Source: an archaeon | GTDB lineage: Archaea; Nanobdellota; Nanobdellia; Woesearchaeales; SM23-78 | Reading direction: 5' to 3' | Length of the DNA stretch: 64,000 bases | Assembly (NCBI GenBank): GCA_043801165.1 | Contig: JAZDMG010000030.1 | Coordinates: 1,025 to 65,024, forward strand | In this document: positions 56,482 through 64,000 of the stretch, in pieces | Position numbering within the stretch: the first letter of the stretch is position 1 | Layout: each line of letters begins with the position of its first letter | Position numbers and translations under genes: made by a program | Notes under the pieces: generated by a model | Told to the model about the DNA's origin: nothing | Databases searched by the model: none | What the model saw: only the letters and a program-made list of their open reading frames with translations

Positions 56482-56862
56482 ATGGTTTCCACATTAATAA
56501 CATATTTTTCGCAACAATATAACTTAGATTATAAACAAGCTAAGATTAAGAATGAGTTGCTTGAAACAATAGTTAGTGGGCAGGAGGCAGTATCTTTAGA
56601 CAATCCGGATGTAGCCAATCTGGCTGTTAAGATATCATTAAATGATTATGGCCGCGATTATTCTTTATTTGTAGAAGCGCCAAACGAGAGTGATTTCCTG
56701 AAAGCGATAGCCGGTTTCTTTAAATTCGCAGGAACGCCTGACCAGGTCAAAGGTTCGTATCGCTTGGTGGATCTCGTACTTGCTGATTTAGGAAAAAGAA
56801 CCGAACGGAATCTCCTGCAAGCTTTCAGCGGAAGAGCAGTTGTGCCTTTAGAAAAGAAATAA
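56482..56862 (+). CDS. AT-rich hypothetical protein
   Basis: 126-aa ORF with own TATA (ttttataaa) about 25 nt upstream. Confidence 0.65.
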   Translation: MVSTLITYFSQQYNLDYKQAKIKNELLETIVSGQEAVSLDNPDVANLAVKISLNDYGRDYSLFVEAPNESDFLKAIAGFFKFAGTPDQVKGSYRLVDLVLADLGKRTERNLLQAFSGRAVVPLEKK

Positions 56863-56946
56863 TCATTCTCCCTTGAAATCAACCAGGCTGAAGACAGGAT
56901 AACCTGCCTTTTTAAGCTTCTTCTTGCCGCCGAGATCAGGATACTC
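56863..56946 (-). pseudogene. apt: Orphan 3' fragment of adenine phosphoribosyltransferase
   Basis: EYPDLGGKKKLKKAGYPVFSLVDFKGE* matches the Apt C-terminal pattern (LxxLGGxxxLxxxGxxVxSLVxFxG); in-frame stops just upstream, no start. Confidence 0.6.
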
Positions 56947-57090
56947 TGATTGATACGGCCATTATCAGAGTATGGGCGTTGTTGATTTCCGAAAGATTGG
57001 CAATCCTGGCGGAATTTTCTCTCTCGCTCAGCCATAGCATTATTTATTCCTCTGCGAGGAACCCTTTCCAACAACCAACGAGGTGCAAAT

Positions 57091-57327
57091 ATGGGATTAA
57101 GCAGCAAGAAAGAAGACCAGCTCAGGAAGATGCCGATAATCCAGAGCAGGATGAAGACCAGCAAGAACGGCAGGTACATCATACAGCAGACGGTGATAAC
57201 CAATGTCAAGCCGATAGAATACTACCAGGCGATATTGGCGAACACTGTCAAGGTGACAGAGGAGCCCCTTGAAGAGGACGAGCTGATGATCGAGGACGGG
57301 CTTGAGCTGGTCAGGAAGCTGAAGTGA
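57091..57327 (+). CDS. Small hypothetical protein
   Basis: SD GAGGTG, host-like codon usage, followed by hairpin terminator. Confidence 0.8.
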   Translation: MGLSSKKEDQLRKMPIIQSRMKTSKNGRYIIQQTVITNVKPIEYYQAILANTVKVTEEPLEEDELMIEDGLELVRKLK

Positions 57328-57335
57328 GTTCTTTG

Positions 57336-57360
57336 AAGGGCCGATGGCCCTTTATTTTTT
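57336..57360 (+). terminator. GC hairpin plus T-tract
   Basis: aagggcc-gat-ggccctt-tatttttt. Confidence 0.65.
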
Positions 57361-57434
57361 GATTTTTCTTATCATAATATGTTAAACTTTTTGTTAAATA
57401 GAAAGTTATATAAATAAGTTAAACATTATTAGAG

Positions 57435-57710
57435 GTGCATTGCTTGCTAAGAATTGTTTTTTCCTCTCACGGATGGAAAAGATTTACGCAGCGAAGCTCA
57501 GAGTTTAATCTTTGCCTTGAGGAAGCGGAAAAAAGAGTATTTGATGCTGTGCTTCAAGGGAATCATTCAAGTACGGTAAAATCAAGAGTCAACAAGGTTT
57601 ATTATAGGTACTATGACGATAATATCTGCTTTTTTGTTTACGGATTTGAGAACAAAAGAACCGATGTCTTCAGGGTTGAATCAGTCATTTTAAAGCGAGG
57701 AAGAGAATGA
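57435..57710 (+). CDS. Putative toxin (DUF4258/BrnT-like RNase fold)
   Basis: FSSHGWKRFTQR start; 4-nt overlap with Zn-finger/AbrB gene. Confidence 0.5.
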   Translation: MHCLLRIVFSSHGWKRFTQRSSEFNLCLEEAEKRVFDAVLQGNHSSTVKSRVNKVYYRYYDDNICFFVYGFENKRTDVFRVESVILKRGRE

Positions 57711-58036
57711 AACCAAACAAATTAAGATGTGTCTTTTGCGGGGTAGGACTAGAGTCGGCTCAGATAAGAGCTAAGGGCCTGAAGCTGGAAGGCTTCAAAT
57801 GCCCAAAATGCGGTGACAAAGTATTTGATGAGAAGCAGTTTCATGCTGCGCTCGTAGCGCTTGACCAGAAAAGGCTCAAAGAAGAATACAAGAAAACACC
57901 GATTAAGATAGGCCACAGCTACGGGATGATTTTTCCAAGAGACATAGTGCAAGTCTTCAATCTGGATGCAAAAGGCATAGAACTCGGTGTGAAGGCGGAC
58001 AAATCCAAGAACAAGATAGAGATAACTGTGCTTTGA
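57707..58036 (+). CDS. Putative antitoxin: MqsA-like Zn finger fused to AbrB-like domain
   Basis: CVFC...CPKCG; IKIGHSYGMIFPRDIVQVFNL. Confidence 0.7.
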   Translation: MKPNKLRCVFCGVGLESAQIRAKGLKLEGFKCPKCGDKVFDEKQFHAALVALDQKRLKEEYKKTPIKIGHSYGMIFPRDIVQVFNLDAKGIELGVKADKSKNKIEITVL

Positions 58037-58058
58037 ATCTATCCATTAGAAAAATAAG

Positions 58059-58174
58059 TTGGACAGCTTCCCGATTTTCCCACACGTGAGTGCAGTACCG
58101 GTCGGAACGTATACGTTCTTAACTTCTGTGTTCGAAATGGGAACAGGTGTAACAACGTAGCTATGACCGTCCAT
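58059..58174 (-). rRNA. rrf: 5S ribosomal RNA (stand-alone)
   Basis: Minus strand TGGACGGTCATAGC...ACACCTGTTCCCATTTCGAACACAGAAGTTAAG...GGGAAA...GCTGTCCA; ends pair; TATA about 22 nt upstream. Confidence 0.95.
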
Positions 58175-58325
58175 AGGTGAGGAACTATCAGCCCTTTAAA
58201 AAGGTTTCCCTCACCGACGGCAGCCCGGGGATGAGGGAGGGATTCATAACCTTTAAAAAAGCCCCTGAATAACTCATCTGCTGTAGCCGTCGCCTATTGG
58301 CTGGCGCCTTAAAGGAGGTATCATC

Positions 58326-59654
58326 ATGAAGCTTTTATTCATAGGATCAGGATATGTAGGATTGGTCTCAGGCACCTGCTTCGCAGACCTGGGCAACGAT
58401 GTCACCTGCCTTGACATCGATGAGAAGAAGATCAAGAGCCTCAGCGAAGGCATCATACCGATATACGAGCCAGGCCTCAAGGAGCTTGTGGAGAGGAACC
58501 TGAAGCAAGGCAGGCTGAAGTTCACCTCTGACTACGAGAAGTCTGTCAAGGAGGCTGAGATAATCTTCATCTGCGTAGGCACCCCTCCCAAGAGCAATGG
58601 CGAGGCTGACATGGCATTCATACACTCTGCTGCCGAGACCATCGGCAAGCACATCGATGATTACAAGGTCATAATCAACAAGAGCACAGTGCCTGTCGGC
58701 ACAGCTGAGAATGTGAGGCGCATAATCGAGGACGAGCTGAAGAAGCGCAAGAAGAAGATATCTTTTGACGTCGTCAGCAACCCTGAGTTCCTCAAGGAGG
58801 GCGCTGCTGTCAAGGACTTCCAGAACCCTGACAGGATAATCATAGGCACCAGCAGCGAGAAGGCAAAGGAGCTGCTTTCAAAGCTCTACAGGTCCATAAG
58901 CAGGCTCAACAAGCCGATAATGTTCACCACTGAGAAGAATGCTGAGCTGATAAAATACGCCAGCAACGCGATGCTGGCCACAAGGATCAGCTTCATGAAC
59001 GAGCTGAGCTTCCTCTGCGAAGAGGTAGGGGCTGACATAAAGGAAGTGGCTAAGGGCATGGGGCTTGACTCAAGGATAGGGCCTAGGTTCCTGCAGGCAG
59101 GCTGTGGCTATGGAGGCAGCTGCTTCCCAAAGGATGTCAAGGCCATGGCCCATATGCTGGAGCAGTACGGCTTCTCATCCAACCTGATGAGGACCGTCGA
59201 TTACATCAATGAGCGCCAGAAGAGGAGCATTGTCCCTAAGCTCAAGAGATTCCTGCCAAAGCTCGAGGGCAAGAAGATAGCGATCTGGGGCCTTTCGTTC
59301 AAGCCAAGGACTGACGACATCAGGGAGGCGCCAAGCCTCACTGTGATTGACCAGCTCATCAAGGAATATGCTAATGTCGTAGCCTATGATCCTGAGGCTG
59401 TAAATAATTCCAAGCAGTTTTTCAAGAAAGGAGTATCATTCGCTGCCACTGCCTTTGATGCAGTGCAGGGCGCAGACGCCTTGATTATTCTTACTGAATG
59501 GGATGAGTTCCGCGAGCCTGACTTCGGCAAGATAAAGGAGAGCATGAAGAAGGCGATAATCATCGACGGAAGGAACATCTACGACCCTACTGAGATGAAG
59601 AGGCTCGGGTTCAGCTATGCTGGCATCGGAAGGTCAGCGAACGGCGATGAGTGA
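58326..59654 (+). CDS. ugd: UDP-glucose 6-dehydrogenase
   Basis: GSGYVG, CVGTP, KSTVPVGT, SNPEFLKEG, GYGGSCFPKD, DGRN. Confidence 0.95.
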   Translation: MKLLFIGSGYVGLVSGTCFADLGNDVTCLDIDEKKIKSLSEGIIPIYEPGLKELVERNLKQGRLKFTSDYEKSVKEAEIIFICVGTPPKSNGEADMAFIHSAAETIGKHIDDYKVIINKSTVPVGTAENVRRIIEDELKKRKKKISFDVVSNPEFLKEGAAVKDFQNPDRIIIGTSSEKAKELLSKLYRSISRLNKPIMFTTEKNAELIKYASNAMLATRISFMNELSFLCEEVGADIKEVAKGMGLDSRIGPRFLQAGCGYGGSCFPKDVKAMAHMLEQYGFSSNLMRTVDYINERQKRSIVPKLKRFLPKLEGKKIAIWGLSFKPRTDDIREAPSLTVIDQLIKEYANVVAYDPEAVNNSKQFFKKGVSFAATAFDAVQGADALIILTEWDEFREPDFGKIKESMKKAIIIDGRNIYDPTEMKRLGFSYAGIGRSANGDE

Positions 59655-59663
59655 GGCGACAAG

Positions 59664-60617
59664 ATGAAGATACTAGTCACTGGCGGAGCAGGTTTCATCG
59701 GCTTCCATGTAGCAAAGGCATTGGCCGAGCGCGGCGATGACGTGGTTGTCGTCGACGATTTCGATGATTATTATGAAGTTGAGCTGAAGAAGGCAAGGGC
59801 TGCTGAGCTGAAGAAGCTCAGGAACATCAAGGTCATAAAGGCAGATTTCTCTGACAAGGCCAAGATGGAGAAGCTCTTCAAGGAGCACAGCTTCGACAAG
59901 ATATGCCATCTTGGCGCCCAGGCAGGAGTAAGATATTCTCTTGAGAACCCTCTTGTGTACGAGAGGTCAAACATCCTCGGAACATTGGTGCTGCTGGAGA
60001 TGGCCCGCCATCACAAGGTTAAGGATTTTGTGTTCGCATCGAGCAGCTCTGTCTACGGCAACAGCAAGAAGGTTCCTTTCTCAGAGGATGATCCTGTCGA
60101 CAACCCTATCTCGCTCTACGCAGCGACAAAGAAATCATGCGAGCTCATGGCTTATACCTATCATCATCTCTATGGAATAAATTGTACTGGCCTGAGATTC
60201 TTCACAGTCTACGGACCCTGGGGAAGGCCTGACATGGCCGGCTTTAAGTTCGTCAAGAACATACTGGCAGGAAAGCCCATAGAAGTCTTCAACCACGGAA
60301 AGATGAAGAGGGATTTCACATTCATAACAGACATTGTCAAGGGAGTGGTATCAGCTATCGACAGGCCGTTCCCCTATGAGATAATAAACCTTGGCGGTGA
60401 TGATCCTGTTGAGCTTGACAGGTTCATCTCCTGCATCGAGAAAGCCCTTGGCAAGAAGGCCGAGAGGAAGATGATGCCGATGCAGCCAGGCGATGTGCTT
60501 GTCACCATGGCAGACATATCAAAGGCAAGGAAGCTGCTGGGATTCGAGCCAAGCACCAAGATCGAGGAAGGGATACGCCTGTTCGTCGAGTGGTACAGGA
60601 GTTATTATAAGGTATGA
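59664..60617 (+). CDS. NAD-dependent epimerase, UDP-glucuronate 4-epimerase type
   Basis: TGGAGFIG, AQAGVRYSLENP, YAATKK, RFFTVYGPWGRPDMA. Confidence 0.9.
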   Translation: MKILVTGGAGFIGFHVAKALAERGDDVVVVDDFDDYYEVELKKARAAELKKLRNIKVIKADFSDKAKMEKLFKEHSFDKICHLGAQAGVRYSLENPLVYERSNILGTLVLLEMARHHKVKDFVFASSSSVYGNSKKVPFSEDDPVDNPISLYAATKKSCELMAYTYHHLYGINCTGLRFFTVYGPWGRPDMAGFKFVKNILAGKPIEVFNHGKMKRDFTFITDIVKGVVSAIDRPFPYEIINLGGDDPVELDRFISCIEKALGKKAERKMMPMQPGDVLVTMADISKARKLLGFEPSTKIEEGIRLFVEWYRSYYKV

Positions 60618-60658
60618 TGCGGCTTTGATGCCGATGGATTCTTATTGGAGCGCAGGAA

Positions 60659-62212
60659 ATGACCAATTATTTTGAGAGAGGAGCCAAAGGGACTTTTGTC
60701 GTCGCGCTGTTCACGCTGCTGGCATATCTTGCAGGATATTTCACAAGGCTGGTGCTGGCGAGGACTCTTTCGCCCGATGACTTCGGGCTTTTCTACTCGG
60801 TGTTCGCGTTGTTCATGTTCATCTGCGTATTCACAGACCTGGGCTATGGCTCTTCGCTCGTGAAGTTCATCCCTGATTTGCTGAGCAAGAACAAGAAGAA
60901 ATCCATCATCAAGGCGATATTCAACGTGTTCTGGGTGACGACAGGGTTGACTTTGATCTTCTGCGTGCTGCTGTTCCTTGCCTCAGGATTCTTGTCAACC
61001 AATTATTTCAAGGTGAGCTCTGCCAAGGAGCTGATAATAGTATTCGTCTTCATACTCCTGCTGAATAACATTCTTAATCTGATGCAGAGCATACTGCAGG
61101 GGCTGCAGGACATGTTCAGCTACGGGTTCTTCTATTTCATGAGCAAGGCGATGTTCCTTGTGTTCTGCGTCGCACTTATCCTTCTCGGGATGCGAGGGAG
61201 CATAATGCCAGGCATAGCCTATCTGCTGGGAGTTGTCCTGGTGATAGCCATCTTCGCCTATCCAATCTATAGGCGTGTCAGGAATATTCACCCAGTGGTG
61301 CTTGGGCGAGATAAGCTATTGCTGGCTGAGATGACAGGCTTTGCATTACCTAACATGTTCACTGTGTTGGCCGGCACAGTCATCGGCTACATCAATACTT
61401 TGATACTCACATATTTTGTCCCTCTCTCTGTGGTCGGGATATACAACGCCATACTTCCGACGGTCATCATGCTGAACTATTTCGGAGTCACAGTGGCTGC
61501 TGTATTCTTCCCGATGGCCGCAGAGCTATGGGCTAAGAAAGACCATGCCCGGCTGAACCAGGCGCTGGCAATGATATACCGTTATTCCCTTGTATTGATA
61601 CTGCCATTCGTGATAGCTACGCTGTTTTTCTCTGAGACGATACTGCGTGTGCTTTTCGGAGAGACATTCGTTATGGGAGCCATGGCCATGAGGATACTTT
61701 CCATCGGAGTCATATTTTTATCGTTGGCGCAGGTCAATTATTCTCTGCTTAACGGCATAGGAAGGCCGAGGGATATAACCAAGATTACAGTGGCTGCTGC
61801 CATCTTCAACGCTGTCGGCAACATACTGGTGATACCAAAGTTCGGCATCGAGGGATCTGCTGTCGTTACGACCCTGAGCTACCTGATGATGCTGGTCTGG
61901 TCGTACATCCTCACCAGGAAGAACGTCGGCTTCAGGTTCGAGAAGATGTTAAGGGTTTTGTTATCATCCCTGGTATTTGTCGCAGTGATCTATTTACTGA
62001 AGCGAAGCCTTTCGCTGTCAGGCATCCTTGCGAGCACATCATTCTCAGCCTACGCGACCTATCTTTCTTCTGGAGCAGTGCTGGTCATCGGATTGGTCGT
62101 CTATGCCGCGACACTGTTTATTTTGCGGGTGATAACTCTCGACGAAGTGAAGCTTTTCATCGGGATTGGCGGATTGCTGGGCAAGCGTTCAGCATCGTTT
62201 CTCCGCAAGTAG
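60659..62212 (+). CDS. Oligosaccharide flippase (Wzx/MOP family)
   Basis: LARTLSPDDFG, DLG, VGIYN, LFG..F, IPKFGIEGSA; about 14 TM. Confidence 0.9.
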   Translation: MTNYFERGAKGTFVVALFTLLAYLAGYFTRLVLARTLSPDDFGLFYSVFALFMFICVFTDLGYGSSLVKFIPDLLSKNKKKSIIKAIFNVFWVTTGLTLIFCVLLFLASGFLSTNYFKVSSAKELIIVFVFILLLNNILNLMQSILQGLQDMFSYGFFYFMSKAMFLVFCVALILLGMRGSIMPGIAYLLGVVLVIAIFAYPIYRRVRNIHPVVLGRDKLLLAEMTGFALPNMFTVLAGTVIGYINTLILTYFVPLSVVGIYNAILPTVIMLNYFGVTVAAVFFPMAAELWAKKDHARLNQALAMIYRYSLVLILPFVIATLFFSETILRVLFGETFVMGAMAMRILSIGVIFLSLAQVNYSLLNGIGRPRDITKITVAAAIFNAVGNILVIPKFGIEGSAVVTTLSYLMMLVWSYILTRKNVGFRFEKMLRVLLSSLVFVAVIYLLKRSLSLSGILASTSFSAYATYLSSGAVLVIGLVVYAATLFILRVITLDEVKLFIGIGGLLGKRSASFLRK

Positions 62213-62341
62213 GTTCTTAGAAACTTTGTTTATCCGGGCAAACAGAGTGGGGGACAAACCGCCACAAAACGCCGAATTCGGCACAATTCTGGCCGGAATC
62301 CTGGGGGTCACCGACGAAAGCAACAATATGTAGAAGAAAAA

Positions 62342-62563
62342 CTATTCTCTTCTGTTTAGGGGAAATACAAGTCCTAAAACAGCAAGTATGATGCCCGCAT
62401 ACAGGAAAGAACGAGCAAACGAATTCATTCCTATGAAAAAATACAAGATTAAGGCACCAAGAATAAGCAAAATACCGATTATTACGTGAGGAAAATCCTT
62501 CACAAACTCATCTGGTGTTCTATCAAACGCTTCCAATATTTTTTGAAAAGCAAGAAGAGACAT
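62342..62563 (-). CDS. Small 2-TM protein, putative immunity protein
   Basis: 73 aa, AT-rich, 2 nt downstream of previous small ORF. Confidence 0.55.
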   Translation of the reverse strand: MSLLAFQKILEAFDRTPDEFVKDFPHVIIGILLILGALILYFFIGMNSFARSFLYAGIILAVLGLVFPLNRRE

Positions 62564-62565
62564 TT

Positions 62566-62781
62566 TCAGCCTCTATTCCTTTTTTTCTTCTTATTATCAT
62601 GGTCAAGAATGTAAAGAGGAGTAAATATGTAGATAAACACGATGAATATGCTTATGAATTTGCCCATGTCGCCTATGTGCGGCTTAATATAAAAAACTAA
62701 CCACCCGATGGGGATTATTAAAAGAAGATACAATACTCCAAAACCAAATATTTTCCAATTAAACTTCTTTTTCTTAGCCAT
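62566..62781 (-). CDS. Small 2-TM protein, putative immunity protein
   Basis: 71 aa, basic termini, directly downstream of Rhs gene. Confidence 0.6.
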   Translation of the reverse strand: MAKKKKFNWKIFGFGVLYLLLIIPIGWLVFYIKPHIGDMGKFISIFIVFIYIFTPLYILDHDNKKKKRNRG

Positions 62782-62813
62782 AATATCTGCCTGTTCTTTA
62801 AACTATAAAAATG

Positions 62814-64000
62814 TTATTGTCCCAAGTAACTTCTGACGTTGCTGTATGAACTTTGAGCTTTGGGAGTCACTTTTACATTGCCAATATAATAACTTCCTCC
62901 ACTACTGCCAGAACTCTTACCTGATGAAGACCCGCCACTCTTTGATTTTTGATTCAAAAGCAAATTCAATCCAGCATTAAATGCCGCAACGAGTCCGTAA
63001 GAAGCAGCAGTACTGGTAACAACGTCAGCTAACATCTTATAATTCTGTAGACTAAAGAAACTTTTGGTAGCGACATACTGTCCTTCGCCAGCACTACCGG
63101 GTATTAAAGATGATAAACCACCAGTCGCTCCGGCAATTGTAATTTCTTGAGGGTTTGTTTTTGTTCCCTCAATATTGTTAATCCACAAATCAGCCCCGAT
63201 ACCAGCAACTACGCCTTTAGCCACTGAACCTAGAGTGGGTCCGACTATTCGTAAAGCACCTCCACTCATGCCGATAGGAGCAGTTAATACAGTTACGCCA
63301 GCTGCTACGGCTCCGTGCGCTAATCCTCTCTCTAATCTTCCACCCCAATCAGGATTATCATAATCAATAGGTGTGGAAATCCAATAAATCGTAGCATCTA
63401 TTAACAACGCTGCTGCTCCTAGGAACAATAATGCGTTATGTCCAGTTTCATCTTTATGATTGTAAGTATTTCCGAACTCGAACATATAATGATTCAGAGC
63501 TTGAGGATTATACGGATTAGCGATAATGGTGTCCGGCTGCTCAAAGATTCCCATATTAGGATTGTATCTTCTTGCTTCGAAGTCCGTGCTTCTAAAACCA
63601 CTTTCAAACTGACTTCCATAGTTGTACAGGTCAGCAACTTCTGTCGACGATAAAGCTCTATTCCAAACCCCAACCTCATCGATAGAACCATTAAAGTCTC
63701 TCGTCCTATCTGTTGAGTTTTTGGCCCCGATGTAAAGGTCTTTTGTGTTGATATCAGCTAATGAAGTGGTGCTTGCGCTTCCTGTCTGAGCCCCGTTTTT
63801 GTAAATGATGGCTCTGGTGCCGTTATATGTGAACACAACATGAGTCCATTCGTTCAAGAAGGAAGTTGTGCTTACAAGAGCAGTCCAGGTGCCATTAATC
63901 CATATACCACCTTGACTGGTATTAACGCCCTGGAACTGAATCATATATGCCCCATACTTACAAACAACGTACCCCTGCTGCGTCTCAGCAGGATAAATCC
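62814..64000 (-). CDS. LamG + Rhs-core protein with hydrophobic C-terminal extension (5' end outside window)
   Basis: Frame open to the edge; LamG WTHVVFTY..IYKNG..FNGSIDEVGVWNRALS; Rhs core ARRYNP..GIFEQPD..NPQALNHY..GN..KDETGH; Gly/Ala-rich tip. Confidence 0.8.
   Translation of the reverse strand, partial: IYPAETQQGYVVCKYGAYMIQFQGVNTSQGGIWINGTWTALVSTTSFLNEWTHVVFTYNGTRAIIYKNGAQTGSASTTSLADINTKDLYIGAKNSTDRTRDFNGSIDEVGVWNRALSSTEVADLYNYGSQFESGFRSTDFEARRYNPNMGIFEQPDTIIANPYNPQALNHYMFEFGNTYNHKDETGHNALLFLGAAALLIDATIYWISTPIDYDNPDWGGRLERGLAHGAVAAGVTVLTAPIGMSGGALRIVGPTLGSVAKGVVAGIGADLWINNIEGTKTNPQEITIAGATGGLSSLIPGSAGEGQYVATKSFFSLQNYKMLADVVTSTAASYGLVAAFNAGLNLLLNQKSKSGGSSSGKSSGSSGGSYYIGNVKVTPKAQSSYSNVRSYLGQ

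Noticed and set aside
56658-57209. 183-aa minus-strand ORF
   Set aside because: Overlaps two better-supported plus-strand genes; the recognisable apt fragment is in a different frame
62240-62320. c-di-GMP-I riboswitch or tRNA 3'-end att site at the Rhs island boundary
   Set aside because: GGCAAAC and GAATCCTGGGGGTCACC are suggestive, but the required stems and GAAA loop are absent and the acceptor strand is two bases short
1-64000. CRISPR array, cas genes, transposases, integrases, proviral genes
   Set aside because: No repeat-spacer periodicity or diagnostic motifs seen; the periodic sequences at 25664-26017 and 51600-53085 are protein-coding repeats

Overview
Chromosomal segment of a DPANN archaeon, most likely Woesearchaeota/Nanobdellota. 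This is inferred from archaeal uS2, PCNA, RadB, RNase J, PpcA, an archaeal 5S rRNA and TATA promoters occurring together with bacterial-type GyrA and NrdR. Core and metabolic genes: rps2, radB, gyrA (154-aa mini-intein), scpB, tRNA-Leu(CAA), rnj, pcn, nrdR-nrdJ (387-aa LAGLIDADG intein)-cobO with tandem NrdR boxes, glmM-(GlmU acetyltransferase half)-glmS, an N-terminal Rqc2 half, a stand-alone 5S rRNA and ugd-epimerase-flippase. Surface and interaction modules: an 11-kb type IV/Tad-like pilus locus with a vWA protein and several leaderless pilin-like ORFs, a lamin-tail protein with about 30 N-glycosylation sequons, a membrane-anchored clan-A glycoside hydrolase on a Cys-rich stalk, and, at the right edge, a LamG-Rhs polymorphic toxin followed by two small membrane proteins. 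Accessory genes include arsR-E-P-F-G, an AbiL-like AAA+RloB pair and three toxin-antitoxin-like pairs. Most notable unannotated signals: (i) a pseudoknotted 5' leader on rps2; (ii) a 654-bp integrase-free cassette bounded by a 53-bp duplicated gene 3' end whose mismatches are all synonymous, plus an orphan apt 3' end beside another AT-rich ORF; (iii) an operator-like motif shared by two RelE-like/wHTH pairs. All calls come from reading motifs by eye; no searches were run.
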